From: Alphaproteobacteria bacterium
GTDB taxonomy: Bacteria; Pseudomonadota; Alphaproteobacteria; UBA828
Assembly: GCA_965221125.1 (NCBI GenBank)
Contig: CBDCRW010000006.1
Span: 512,001-576,000, forward strand
Length of the DNA: 64,000 nucleotides
Direction: 5' to 3'
Shown: positions 44,384-55,911 of the stretch, piece after piece
Layout of the letters: the number at the start of each line of letters is the position of its first letter
Numbering within the stretch: the first letter of the stretch is position 1
Translations under genes and position numbers: made by a program
Notes under the pieces: generated by a model
Told to the model about the DNA's origin: nothing
What the model saw: the letters and a program-made list of their open reading frames with translations, nothing else
Databases searched by the model: none

Positions 44384-45472
44384 CTAGCTCGCCTGGCGCA
44401 GGGGCTCGGATTGGGCGGCGAAGTGGGGGGCCACGTCGCGGGCGAAGCGCTCCCACATCTCGTGACGATAGGCGCGCGGCATGCCGTAGGTCGCGTTCTG
44501 CAGGATGAAGTGGTTGAAGCCGAGGTCGACGTAGGCCTGCAGCTTCTCACACACGGTCTCGGCGCGGCCGACGAGCTGGAGGTCGAGCCACGGGCCCAGA
44601 TTGTCCGGATTGGTGAGCTTCTTGGAGGTCGCCATGAACTTGCTGAAGGCCTTGAACTCCTTCAGTTCCTTCCAGGGGTCGGCGTCGGCCTCGTAGTGCT
44701 CCACCACCTTCACGAAGTAGCGCGAGAGATGCTCCTTGGCGAGGGCGTCCGCCTCTTCGTCGGTGTCCGCGAGGACCGCGTGGATCAGGATCGGGCGGGT
44801 GACGTCGGTGGAGCCGCCCCGCGCCAGTGTTTCCTCGTTCCAGCGCGCGAAGTCGTTGCTGTGGAAGTGCATGGGGAAGTTCGAGACCCGGATCATGGGG
44901 AGGTCGAGCTGGGCCATGATGCCGGCGCTCTCCGGGCTGCTGGTCGCGCCATAGAGGTTCACCCTCTCGAGGACGGCCTTGGGCCGGAGTTCGATCGGCC
45001 GCTCGATGTCGAAGAATTCGCCCCTGTATGTGAAGGTCCCGCCCGTGAGCGCCTTGCCGATGACCTCGCGGCACTCGCGGAAGCGCGCGCGGGTGTCGGT
45101 CATGGAAACGCCGAAGGCGTCGTACTCGAGCCGCGCGAGGCCGCGCCCGAAGCCGATGTGGAGATTGCCCCGGCTCATCTGGCTTAGCATGGCGATCTCG
45201 CCGGCGAGCCTGAGCGGGCTGTACCAGGGCAGGACCAGAACGCAGGTCCCGAGGTCCATGTCGGGGTAGCGGCCTGCGAGATGGGAGAGCATCACAGTCG
45301 GGCTCGGTGTCGGGAAGTAGTCCGAGAAGTGGTGCTCGATCACCCAGAATGCGTCGTAACCGAGTGCGGCGACGCGATCCGCGTCCACCAGGGCCTCGAC
45401 GTACTGGTCCGCGTCCGACGCGCCGGGCTCGCCCACCGCCGAAATGACCGTTCCGAACTTGATCTCGCTCAT
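44384..45472 (-). CDS. LLM-class (luciferase-like) flavin-dependent monooxygenase
   Basis: GYDAFWVIEHHF, PLRLAGEIAML, GFGRG, FARDVAP. ATG 45472 follows GAGGAG. Confidence 0.88.
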   Translation of the reverse strand: MSEIKFGTVISAVGEPGASDADQYVEALVDADRVAALGYDAFWVIEHHFSDYFPTPSPTVMLSHLAGRYPDMDLGTCVLVLPWYSPLRLAGEIAMLSQMSRGNLHIGFGRGLARLEYDAFGVSMTDTRARFRECREVIGKALTGGTFTYRGEFFDIERPIELRPKAVLERVNLYGATSSPESAGIMAQLDLPMIRVSNFPMHFHSNDFARWNEETLARGGSTDVTRPILIHAVLADTDEEADALAKEHLSRYFVKVVEHYEADADPWKELKEFKAFSKFMATSKKLTNPDNLGPWLDLQLVGRAETVCEKLQAYVDLGFNHFILQNATYGMPRAYRHEMWERFARDVAPHFAAQSEPLRQAS

Positions 45473-45630
45473 GGCTCCTCGTCCCTGCCGGCGCCCCAAC
45501 TCGATTACGGCAATCCTAACCGCAGGCCGAAAAGAAAACAAACGTTTGGTTGGGATCGGGGGCGGTGTGCTCACACGGTCGTGCCCGTTAGCGGTGGCGC
45601 CATTCGCCCTCCGCCCCTATAACCCGGCCC

Positions 45631-46452
45631 ATGACGGGGCTTTCCTTCACCAAGATGCACGGGCTCGGCAACGACTTCGTGGTGTTCGACGCGCGACAGA
45701 CACCGCTCGCGCTCGATGGCGCGCGCGTGCGCGCCATTGCGGACAGACGCGCCGGCGTCGGCTGCGACCAGGTGGTGGCCCTGGAGGCCCCGCGCAACGG
45801 CGGGACGGACGCCTATCTCAGGTTCTGGAACCAGGACGGCGGCGAGGTCGCGGCGTGCGGCAACGGCACCCGCTGCGCGGCCCGGCTGCTGCTGGACGAG
45901 AGCGCACGAACCAGCGTGGTTCTGGAGACCGGCGCCGGACGGCTCGCCGCGCAGGAGGCCGGCGGGGGGCAGGTGCGCGTCGACATGGGGCCGGCGCGGC
46001 TCGACTGGCGCGAGATCCCCTTGGCCCGCGCCACGGACACGCTCCACGTCGCAGTCGGCGCAGGGCCGCTCGGCGACGCGGTCGCGGTCAACATGGGCAA
46101 CCCGCACGCGGTGTTCTTCGTGGACGAGGCGGATGCCGTACCCCTTGAAGCGCTGGGCCCCGGCCTGGAGACCGATCCGCTCTTCCCCGAGCACGCGAAC
46201 ATCGGCGTCGCCCAGCGGCTCGCGGACGACCGCCTGCGGCTGCGGGTATGGGAGCGGGGCGCGGGCCTCACCAATGCCTGCGGCACCGGCGCCTGCGCCG
46301 CAGCGGTCGCCGGCGCACGGCGGGGCCTTACGGGCCGCGGCGTCACGGTCGTGCTCGACGGGGGGGAGCTGGAAATCCTTTGGCGGGACGACGGCCATGT
46401 CGAGATGACCGGGCCCACCGCCGCGAGCTTTTCGGGCGTGCTGCCGGCATGA
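45631..46452 (+). CDS. dapF: Diaminopimelate epimerase
   Basis: KMHGLGNDF, ACGNGTRC, MGNPH, WERGAG.T.ACGTGAC. Confidence 0.97.
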   Translation: MTGLSFTKMHGLGNDFVVFDARQTPLALDGARVRAIADRRAGVGCDQVVALEAPRNGGTDAYLRFWNQDGGEVAACGNGTRCAARLLLDESARTSVVLETGAGRLAAQEAGGGQVRVDMGPARLDWREIPLARATDTLHVAVGAGPLGDAVAVNMGNPHAVFFVDEADAVPLEALGPGLETDPLFPEHANIGVAQRLADDRLRLRVWERGAGLTNACGTGACAAAVAGARRGLTGRGVTVVLDGGELEILWRDDGHVEMTGPTAASFSGVLPA

Positions 46453-47696
46453 GCGGGCTCGACGTCATCACCTTCGGCTGCCGGCTCAACGCCTACGAGT
46501 CGGAGGTCATGCGCGCCCGCGCCCGCGCTGCCGGCCTGACCGAGGGCGTCATCGTCAACACCTGCGCGGTGACGGGCGAGGCCGAGCGCCAGGCGCGACA
46601 GGCGATCCGCCGCGCGAGACGGCAGAACCCGGCGGCGACGATCATCGCCACCGGCTGCGCCGCCCAGCTCGACCCGGAGCGCTACGCCGCGATGCCGGAG
46701 GTCGACCGGGTCATCGGCAACCGGGAGAAGCTCACGTTGGAGGGGCTCGCGCCCGACGCGGGCGAACGCATCGCGGTCGGCGACATCATGGCGGTGCGCG
46801 AGACCGCGGGCCATCTGCTCGCGGGCTACGAGGCCCGTTCGCGCGCCTTCGTGCAGGTGCAGAACGGCTGCGATCACCGCTGCACCTTCTGCATCATCCC
46901 CTTCGCCAGGGGCCCGAGCCGGAGCGTGCCGCTCGGCGCCATCGCGGCCGAGGTGCGCGCGCTCGTCGCCAACGGTCACAACGAGGTGGTGCTGAGCGGC
47001 GTCGATCTCGGCCATTACGGCGCCGATCTGCCGGGCCGGCCACCGCTCGGCGAGGCGGTGCGCCGCCTGCTCCAGGCCGTGCCGGAGCTGCCGCGGCTCA
47101 GACTCTCCTCCATCGACCCGGTGGAGATCGACCCCGCGCTGGAGCGGCTCTTTGCCGACGAGCCGCGCCTCATGCCGCACCTGCACCTCAGCCTGCAGGC
47201 GGGCGACGACATGGTGCTCAAGCGGATGAAGCGCCGCCACTGCCGCGCCGACGTGCTTGCCCTCTGCCGGAGGCTGCGCGCGCTCAGGCCGGGGATCGCC
47301 TTTGGCGCCGACCTGATCGCGGGCTTCCCCACCGAGACACAGGCGATGTACGAGAACACGCGGCGCCTGATCGAGGAGGCCGGCCTGGTCTGGCTCCACG
47401 TCTTCCCCTATTCGCCCCGCCCCGGCACGCCGGCGGCGCGCATGCCGCAGGTGGCGGGGCCCGAGCGCCGCGCCCGCGCTGCGGAACTCCGTGCAGCGGC
47501 GGAGGGTCCGCGACGGCGCTTTCTGGACGGGCGCATCGGTGGTGAGAGCCAGGTCTTGTTGGAGAAGCCGGACAGCGGGCGCGACGAGTGCTTCGCCGAG
47601 GTCGACTTCGACCGCCCGGCGGGAGAGCCCGGCGCCCTGGTTCAGGCGCGCATCAGCGGAGTGGCAGGCGAGCGCCTGATCGGGACCGCCGCCTGA
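46449..47696 (+). CDS. mtaB: tRNA t6A37 methylthiotransferase (radical SAM)
   Basis: TFGCRLN, NTCAVT, GCDHRCTFC, IAGFPTE, HVFPYSPRPGT. Confidence 0.93.
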   Translation: MSGLDVITFGCRLNAYESEVMRARARAAGLTEGVIVNTCAVTGEAERQARQAIRRARRQNPAATIIATGCAAQLDPERYAAMPEVDRVIGNREKLTLEGLAPDAGERIAVGDIMAVRETAGHLLAGYEARSRAFVQVQNGCDHRCTFCIIPFARGPSRSVPLGAIAAEVRALVANGHNEVVLSGVDLGHYGADLPGRPPLGEAVRRLLQAVPELPRLRLSSIDPVEIDPALERLFADEPRLMPHLHLSLQAGDDMVLKRMKRRHCRADVLALCRRLRALRPGIAFGADLIAGFPTETQAMYENTRRLIEEAGLVWLHVFPYSPRPGTPAARMPQVAGPERRARAAELRAAAEGPRRRFLDGRIGGESQVLLEKPDSGRDECFAEVDFDRPAGEPGALVQARISGVAGERLIGTAA

Positions 47697-48637
47697 TGGC
47701 AAGTGAAGGCGGGGCCGGGCGCGGCCTGCTTGCGCGGCTCAAGGCAGGGCTGCGGCGGACCTCGAACAGCCTCACCGGCGGCATCGGCGCGATCTTCACC
47801 GGCCGCCAGTTGGACGACGCGGCCCTCGAGGAGCTGGAAGAGGTGCTCATCGCCGGCGACCTCGGCGCGGCGACGGCAGCCGAGCTCACAGCCGCGCTCG
47901 CCGAGCAGCGCTTCGGCAAGGAAGTCACCGCCGGCGAGGTGCGCCAAGCGCTCGCCGACCAGATCGCCGATCTTCTCGCGCCGGTCGAAGGGACACTTGC
48001 GATCGACGGCGACGCGAAGCCCCACGTGATCCTCGTGGCGGGCGTCAACGGCACGGGCAAGACCACCACCATCGGCAAGCTCGCCCAGCGCCTGGGCGGC
48101 GAGGGGAAGCGCGTCATGCTGGTGGCGGGCGACACCTTTCGCGCCGCCGCCGTGGAGCAGTTAGAAATCTGGGGCGAACGCGCCAGCGCGCCCGTGGTGG
48201 CGCGGACGGACGGCGGCGACCCCGCGGGCCTCGCCTTCGATGCGCTGGAGCGCGCCAGGGCCGAAGGCATCGACGTGCTTCTCATCGACACCGCCGGCCG
48301 GCTGCAGAACAAGGCGCACCTCATGGCCGAGCTGCAGAAGATCGACCGCGTGCTCAAAAAACTCGATCCGAACGCGCCGCACAGCCGCCTCCTGGTGCTC
48401 GACGCGACCACCGGCCAGAACGCGCTCAACCAGGTCGATGTCTTTCGCGAGGCCATCGCCGTCGACGGCCTGGTGATGACGAAGCTCGACGGCACGGCAA
48501 AGGGCGGCGTTCTGGTGGCGCTGGCACGGCGCTTCGGCGTGCCGGTGGTGGCAATCGGCATCGGCGAGGGGATCGACGACCTGCGCCCCTTCGAGGCCCG
48601 CGCCTTCGCCACCGCCCTGATGGGTCTCGACGAGTAG
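47696..48637 (+). CDS. ftsY: SRP receptor FtsY
   Basis: GVNGTGKTTT, DTFRAAA, DTAGR, TKLDGTAKGG. Confidence 0.97.
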   Translation: MASEGGAGRGLLARLKAGLRRTSNSLTGGIGAIFTGRQLDDAALEELEEVLIAGDLGAATAAELTAALAEQRFGKEVTAGEVRQALADQIADLLAPVEGTLAIDGDAKPHVILVAGVNGTGKTTTIGKLAQRLGGEGKRVMLVAGDTFRAAAVEQLEIWGERASAPVVARTDGGDPAGLAFDALERARAEGIDVLLIDTAGRLQNKAHLMAELQKIDRVLKKLDPNAPHSRLLVLDATTGQNALNQVDVFREAIAVDGLVMTKLDGTAKGGVLVALARRFGVPVVAIGIGEGIDDLRPFEARAFATALMGLDE

Positions 48638-48644
48638 ACGGAGT

Positions 48645-49211
48645 TCAGCGGCGGGCGGCGATGCCCGGCCGGTAGTCGCCGACGTCGCCGGCGGGGTTGG
48701 TGAACGGCGCAAACTCGCCGCTCTCCGGCGCTTCCGCATGGTGGCGCAGCGCCCAGGTGACGGAGGGGAACGCGAGCGAATCCCAGGGGATCTCTTCTCG
48801 AGTGAAGAGCGCGGCCTCCAGGCTCTCGAACCCCGGCGCGATCTCGGGCCGCGCAAGGTGCGCCCGGTAGAAGAGCTGCACCAGGCTGATGCGGGGGATC
48901 GTGTAGACCGCGAGCAGCGCTCCGATCACGATATCGGCGCCGGCTTCCTCCTCGGCCTCGCGCCGCGCGCCCTCGGCCGGATCCTCGTGCAGCTCCAGGA
49001 ACCCCGCAGGCAGGGTCCAGAAGCCGGCCTGCGGCTCGATCGCGCGGCGGCAGAGGAGGATGCGCCCGTCCCATGTCGCGACCGAGCCCACGACGATCTT
49101 CGGATTCTCGTAACGGATGAAACCGCACGTGTCGCAGACCAGGCGCGGCCTGTCGTCGCCTTCCGGCACCTTGCGCACGATCGGGCCGCCGCTGTTGGGA
49201 TAGCGCCCCAT
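48645..49211 (-). CDS. NUDIX hydrolase with N-terminal zinc-ribbon remnant
   Basis: VCDTC..YENPK, WTLPAGFLE..GARREAEEEAG, LAFPSV. Start uncertain (49211 or 49217). Confidence 0.88.
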   Translation of the reverse strand: MGRYPNSGGPIVRKVPEGDDRPRLVCDTCGFIRYENPKIVVGSVATWDGRILLCRRAIEPQAGFWTLPAGFLELHEDPAEGARREAEEEAGADIVIGALLAVYTIPRISLVQLFYRAHLARPEIAPGFESLEAALFTREEIPWDSLAFPSVTWALRHHAEAPESGEFAPFTNPAGDVGDYRPGIAARR

Positions 49212-49436
49212 GACCATGCGAGTATGAGGCGCGCGCTCGCCGCGAGTCCAGCGGCCCGGTCGCCAGCCGGGGAGCGAACGCCTCATCCGCCTACCTGCCG
49301 AGCGACACGATGTCGTGATTGGCGATACCCGATGCCGCGACTCATGTTATGCCCTACTGGCGTGGCACAGCGCTGGCGGCCGACGGTGCGCGACGGGCAC
49401 AGGGACCCGGCGCAGCCATCAGGAGGAGGTGGACCC

Positions 49437-51296
49437 GTGAGACTCAGCAGAAGACGCTTCGTTCAGGCCTCAGGCCTAGCCGCCGCGTCGTCGATGGCGC
49501 CGCTCCCGCCCCTGATCGGAGCCGCGACGGCGGAGGAGGCACCCCACGGTCTCTCGCTCTTCGGAGATCTGAAGTACGGCCCCGACTTCGCCCACTTCGA
49601 CTACGTGGACCCCGCCGCGCCCAAGGGCGGGCTGCTGCACCTCGCCACGGTCGACACCTACAGCACGCTCAATCCCTTCACGCTGAAGGGCCAGAGCGTG
49701 GCGGGCGCGGGGCTGCCCTTCGAGAGCCTGCTCGAAGGCTCGGCGGACGAGGCCGATGCGGCCTACGGGCTGATCGCCCAGGGCGTTTCCCTTGCGCCTG
49801 ATCGCCGTAGCGTGCGCTTCCTCCTCAGGCCGGAGGCGCGCTGGCACGACGGCACGCCGATCACGGCACGCGACGTGGCATTTTCGTTTGAAATTCTCAC
49901 GACCGAGGGCCATCCCGCTTACGCCAACCAGCTTGCCGGCGTGGACCGGGTCGAGACCGCCGGCGACCACGACGTCACCTTTCATCTCGCCGACCCCGAC
50001 AACCGCAAGCTGCCGCTGATCGTGGGCGGCATGTCGATCGTCTCCGAGGCCTATTTCAAGGACCGTACGTTCGGAGAGACGACGATGGACCCGCCGCTCG
50101 GCAGCGGCCCCTATCGCATCGCCAAGGTCGATCCGGGCCGCTCGATCACCTACGAGCGCGTCCCGGACCATTGGGGCGCTCACCTGCCGCTCAACGTGGG
50201 GCGCTACAATTTCGGCACCATCGTCTACGACTACTACCGCGACCGCACGGTGCTAGTGGAGGCGCTGAAGGCAGGCGAGTACGACCTGCACGAGGAGTTC
50301 ACGTCGAAGGTGTGGGCGACGCAGTACGACATTCCCGCCGTCGAGGAAGGCTGGCTCGTCAAGGACGTGCTGAAGGACAACACCCCGTCCGGCGTGCAGG
50401 CCTTCTTCTTCAACACGCGGCTCCCCAAGTTCCAGGACCGGCGCGTGCGCGAGGCCTTCGCCTTCGCCTTCGATTTCGAGTGGCTCAACAAGAACCAGTT
50501 CTACGGGCTCTACGAGCGCATGGCGAGCTACTTCGAGAACTCGGAGCTGGCGGCCCGCGGCCTACCGTCGGAGGCCGAGCTCGCTCTGCTCGAGCCCCAT
50601 CGGGGCGCGATCCCCGAGGAGGTCTTCACCACCCCGTTCGTGCCGCCCGCGACCGACGGCTCGGGCAACAACCGGCGCAACCTGCGCGCCGCGCGCACGC
50701 TCCTGGAGGAGGCTGGCTGGATCACGCGGGACGGCGCGCTGGTCAACGAGGCCACCGGCGAGCCGATGACCGTCGAGTTCCTCTATTTCGAGCCCACCTT
50801 CGAGCGCATCTATGCGGTCTTCGCCCGCAGCCTGGAGCGCCTCGGCGTGGGCGTGACGCTCCGCCTCGTCGATGGCGCGCAGTACGAGGAACGGCTCAAG
50901 ACGCACGACTTCGAGATCACGACGATCCGCTTCGTCTTCAGCCTCTCGCCGGGCGTCGAGCTCAACTCCTACTTCGCGAGTGCCACCGTGGACCAGGTCG
51001 GCTCGTTCAACATCCCCGGCATCAAGGACCCGGTGGTCGATGCACTGATCGCCGACGTCGCCGCCGCCACCGACCGCGACTCCCTCATCGCCGCCGCCCG
51101 CGCGCTCGACCGCGTCCTGCTCTGGGGCCACTACATGGTCCCCCAGTGGTATAAGGGGGCGCACCACCTCGTCTACTGGAACAAGTTCGCCCGGCCCGCC
51201 GTCAAGCCCCGCTACGCGCGGGGCATCATCGACACATGGTGGGTCGATGAGGAGAAGGACGACGCCTTGAGGGCCTACCGCGAAGGCGCGGCGTGA
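49437..51296 (+). CDS. yejA: YejA-like oligopeptide ABC solute-binding protein (Tat signal)
   Basis: SRRRFV Tat motif after an AGGAGG RBS; LKYGPDFAHFDYV.P.APKGG, FDFEWLNK, RALDRVL. Confidence 0.88.
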   Translation: MRLSRRRFVQASGLAAASSMAPLPPLIGAATAEEAPHGLSLFGDLKYGPDFAHFDYVDPAAPKGGLLHLATVDTYSTLNPFTLKGQSVAGAGLPFESLLEGSADEADAAYGLIAQGVSLAPDRRSVRFLLRPEARWHDGTPITARDVAFSFEILTTEGHPAYANQLAGVDRVETAGDHDVTFHLADPDNRKLPLIVGGMSIVSEAYFKDRTFGETTMDPPLGSGPYRIAKVDPGRSITYERVPDHWGAHLPLNVGRYNFGTIVYDYYRDRTVLVEALKAGEYDLHEEFTSKVWATQYDIPAVEEGWLVKDVLKDNTPSGVQAFFFNTRLPKFQDRRVREAFAFAFDFEWLNKNQFYGLYERMASYFENSELAARGLPSEAELALLEPHRGAIPEEVFTTPFVPPATDGSGNNRRNLRAARTLLEEAGWITRDGALVNEATGEPMTVEFLYFEPTFERIYAVFARSLERLGVGVTLRLVDGAQYEERLKTHDFEITTIRFVFSLSPGVELNSYFASATVDQVGSFNIPGIKDPVVDALIADVAAATDRDSLIAAARALDRVLLWGHYMVPQWYKGAHHLVYWNKFARPAVKPRYARGIIDTWWVDEEKDDALRAYREGAA

Positions 51297-51389
51297 GGGG
51301 CGGCATCATCCCTGCCTTGCGGGCCGGTTCCGCCGCAGACGGGGTGCCAGTGGAGAGTCCGGGCTAGCGCCGCAAACACCGCGACAGCC

Positions 51390-52499
51390 ATGTTTGCCTA
51401 TATCGTCCGCCGCCTGCTGCTGATCGTGCCGACGCTGTTCGCGATCATGGTGATCAACTTCGCGATCATCCAGATCGCGCCGGGCGGGCCGGTGGAGCAG
51501 GCGATCGCGGAGCTCACCGGCTCGGCCGTGGGCGCGACGGCGCGCATCTCCGGCGCGGGCCCCGGCGAGGTGGGCACCGAGGGGCAGTTCGACATCTCGC
51601 AGCGCACCGACACGAGCAAGTATCGGGGCGCGCGCGGCCTCGACCCCGAGCTGATCGAGCGGCTGGAGAAGGAATACGGCTTCGACAAGCCGCCGCTGGA
51701 GCGCTTCCTCCACATGATGGGGCAGTACGTGCGCTTCGACTTCGGGACCAGCTTCTTCCGCGACGACCGCGTGGTCGACCTGGTCCTGGACAAGCTGCCG
51801 GTCTCGATCTCGCTCGGGCTCTGGACCACGCTGCTGGCGTATCTGATCTCGATTCCCCTGGGTATCGCCAAGGCGGTGCGCGACGGCCAGCGCTTCGACG
51901 TCTGGACCAGCGGCGTCATTATCGTGGGCTACGCGATCCCGAACTTCATCTTCGCGATCCTGCTGATCGTGCTCTTCGCCGGCGGCAGCTACCTGGACTG
52001 GTTCCCGCTGCGTGGGCTCGTCTCCAACGACTTCGGCGAGCTCTCGCTGCTGGGCCAGATCGAGGACTATTTCTGGCATCTCGCGCTGCCGATCCTGGCG
52101 ATGGCGGTGAGCGGCTTCGCCACCACCACGATGCTGACCAAGAACTCCTTCCTGGATCAGATCAGCCAGCACTACGTCATCACCGCGCGCGCCAAGGGGC
52201 TGACGGAGCGCCGCGTGCTCTACGGCCACGTCTTCCGCAACGCCATGCTGATCGTGATCGCAGGCCTGCCCGGCGCATTCATCGGGATTCTCTTCACCGG
52301 CGTGCTGCTGATCGAGGTCATCTTCTCGCTCGACGGGCTGGGGCTCCTGGGTTTCGAATCCCTGCTCAAGCGGGACTATCCCATCATCTTCGGCACGCTC
52401 TTCTTCTTCACCCTGCTCGGGCTCGTCGTGAACCTGATCGGCGATCTCATGTACGTGATCATCGACCCCCGCATCGATTTCGAGACGCGGGAGGTGTGA
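51390..52499 (+). CDS. yejB: YejB-like ABC permease
   Basis: [38 protein letters not shown]. Confidence 0.92.
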   Translation: MFAYIVRRLLLIVPTLFAIMVINFAIIQIAPGGPVEQAIAELTGSAVGATARISGAGPGEVGTEGQFDISQRTDTSKYRGARGLDPELIERLEKEYGFDKPPLERFLHMMGQYVRFDFGTSFFRDDRVVDLVLDKLPVSISLGLWTTLLAYLISIPLGIAKAVRDGQRFDVWTSGVIIVGYAIPNFIFAILLIVLFAGGSYLDWFPLRGLVSNDFGELSLLGQIEDYFWHLALPILAMAVSGFATTTMLTKNSFLDQISQHYVITARAKGLTERRVLYGHVFRNAMLIVIAGLPGAFIGILFTGVLLIEVIFSLDGLGLLGFESLLKRDYPIIFGTLFFFTLLGLVVNLIGDLMYVIIDPRIDFETREV

Positions 52500-52502
52500 G
52501 CG

Positions 52503-53531
52503 GTGGCGCTCTCCCCCATCACACGGCGGCGCTTCTACAACTTCCGCGCCAACCGGCGGGGCTACATCTCGTTCTGGATCTTCCTGGCGCTCCTCCTCGC
52601 CACGCTGTTCGCGGAGTTCATCGCCAACGACAAGCCCATCGTGCTCAGCTACGACGGCGACCTCCACTTCCCGATCTTCTTCGCCTACGCGGAGACCGAG
52701 TTCGGCGGGGACTTCGAGACCGAGGCGGACTACCGCGACCCCTTCGTCGCCGAGCTGATCGAAGAGAAAGGCTGGATGGTCTGGCCGCTCATTCCCTACA
52801 GCTACCGGACCATCAACTACGACCTGCCGGTGCCCGCGCCCGCGCCGCCGTCCGGCGACAACTGGCTCGGCACCGACGACCAGGGGCGGGACGTGCTCGC
52901 CCGCGTGATCTACGGCTTCCGATTATCGGTCCTCTTCGGGCTGATCCTCACCGTTGCCGCTTCGGTTATCGGCATCGCCGCGGCGGCGGTCCAGGGCTTC
53001 TTCGGCGGCTGGATCGATCTCGCCTTCCAGCGCTTCATCGAGGTCTGGTCGGGTCTGCCGCAGCTCTTCATCCTGATCATCCTCTCCAGCATCATCGAGC
53101 CCAACTTCTGGGTCCTGCTGGTGATCCTGCTGCTGTTCAGCTGGATGGCGCTGGTGGGCGTGGTCCGCGCCGAGTTCCTGCGCGTGCGCAACTTCGACTA
53201 CATCCGCGCGGCGCGGGCGCTCGGCGTCGGCAACACGGCGATCATCTTCCGCCACGGGCTGCCCAACGCGATGGTCTCGGCCGTCACCTTCCTGCCCTTC
53301 ATCCTGGTGGGCTCGATCACCTCGCTCACCTCCCTCGACTTCCTGGGCTTCGGCCTGCCGCCGGGCGAGCCCTCGCTGGGCGAGCTGCTGCGCCAGGGCA
53401 AGGCCAACCTGCAGGCGCCGTGGCTCGGCATCGTGAGCTTCGTGGTGCTCGCGCTCATGCTGAGCCTGCTCATCTTCATCGGGGAAGCCGTGCGCGATGC
53501 CTTCGACCCGCGCAAGCTGGTCGGCCGGTGA
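52503..53531 (+). CDS. yejE: YejE-like ABC permease
   Basis: AEFIANDKP, LGTDDQGRDV, RAEFLR, LDFLGFGLP, GEAVRDAFDP. Confidence 0.92.
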   Translation: MALSPITRRRFYNFRANRRGYISFWIFLALLLATLFAEFIANDKPIVLSYDGDLHFPIFFAYAETEFGGDFETEADYRDPFVAELIEEKGWMVWPLIPYSYRTINYDLPVPAPAPPSGDNWLGTDDQGRDVLARVIYGFRLSVLFGLILTVAASVIGIAAAAVQGFFGGWIDLAFQRFIEVWSGLPQLFILIILSSIIEPNFWVLLVILLLFSWMALVGVVRAEFLRVRNFDYIRAARALGVGNTAIIFRHGLPNAMVSAVTFLPFILVGSITSLTSLDFLGFGLPPGEPSLGELLRQGKANLQAPWLGIVSFVVLALMLSLLIFIGEAVRDAFDPRKLVGR

Positions 53532-53568
53532 GCGGGCGCGGCGAAAAGCGGCCGGTGAGGCGGGGCGC

Positions 53569-55191
<1,623 letters not shown>

Positions 55192-55209
55192 GCGGGCGGG
55201 CCAGGCGGA

Positions 55210-55587
55210 CTACGCGAGCGCGAACGTCAGGCCTTCGCTCTCGAACAGACGAAAGTCCCGTTCGTTGGTAGTGGCGATGGGCGCGTTCTCGGCAATCGCC
55301 GTCGCTGCAATCGTGCAGTCCACGAACAACCTTCGCCGTCGCCCCGACAGATTGTACAGGTGTGCGGCAATCTCGGCGTGCGCGGGTGTAAAGTCTATGT
55401 GACGGTTGATGATGTCGGTGGCGAACTCCAATTCGGACGGCTCGACAGGTCCGCAGAGGAACTCCATCCAGGCGACCGAGCTGACTACCAGAGTCTTGTC
55501 GGCGTCGAGCCATATGCGCAGGGCACGGTTCTCGGACGTTCCGGATATGAACCCCCGTATCAGAAAGCTCGTATCAAGATGGATCAT
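55210..55587 (-). CDS. vapC: VapC/PIN-domain toxin
   Basis: MIHLDTSFLI, AWMEFLCG, VDCTIAATA, ATTNERDF (conserved PIN acidic residues). Confidence 0.88.
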   Translation of the reverse strand: MIHLDTSFLIRGFISGTSENRALRIWLDADKTLVVSSVAWMEFLCGPVEPSELEFATDIINRHIDFTPAHAEIAAHLYNLSGRRRRLFVDCTIAATAIAENAPIATTNERDFRLFESEGLTFALA

Positions 55588-55867
55588 CGAGGGCGGCAAA
55601 CCGTTCGCCTGAGTATGCGTCGCGTGTGGCCCGGACCTCGCGCTCCCAGGCCGCGAAATCAACGCCCCGCGCCTTCATTGAGGCTTGCAGCTTGTCCAGG
55701 GCAGCCAGCCTCTCTCCCGCGCGCGGGGTCGTTTCCCGTGCCGCGGCGCGGATGGCGCGGCGCACCACCTCGGTCTTCGACACGTCCCAGCGCCGTGCGA
55801 GCGACTCCAGTGTGCGCACTGTCTCGACATCGAGCGAATACGTCGACTTGATCTTGGGTATGGCCAT
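55574..55867 (-). CDS. RHH/CopG-type antitoxin
   Basis: KSTYSLDVET...LARRWDVSKTEVVRRAI; upstream of and overlapping the PIN gene. Confidence 0.82.
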   Translation of the reverse strand: MAIPKIKSTYSLDVETVRTLESLARRWDVSKTEVVRRAIRAAARETTPRAGERLAALDKLQASMKARGVDFAAWEREVRATRDAYSGERFAALDDPS

Positions 55868-55901
55868 ATCTCAATGTATGGCCATACTGCGTTCAGGTCA
55901 A
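55858..55901 (-). promoter_or_regulatory. sigma70-type promoter (TTGACC-N17-TACATT) with two TATGGCCATA palindromic operators
   Basis: -35 at 55901-55896 and -10 at 55878-55873; ATG begins 5 nt after the -10 box; palindromes at 55859-55868 and 55876-55887. Confidence 0.7.
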
Positions 55902-55911
55902 GCCCGTGCCT

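Noticed and set aside
49363-49377. Possible sigma54 promoter TGGCAC-AGCGC-TGGC upstream of yejA
   Set aside because: Spacing is correct but the -12 box is imperfect, such matches are common at high GC, and there is no supporting activator evidence.
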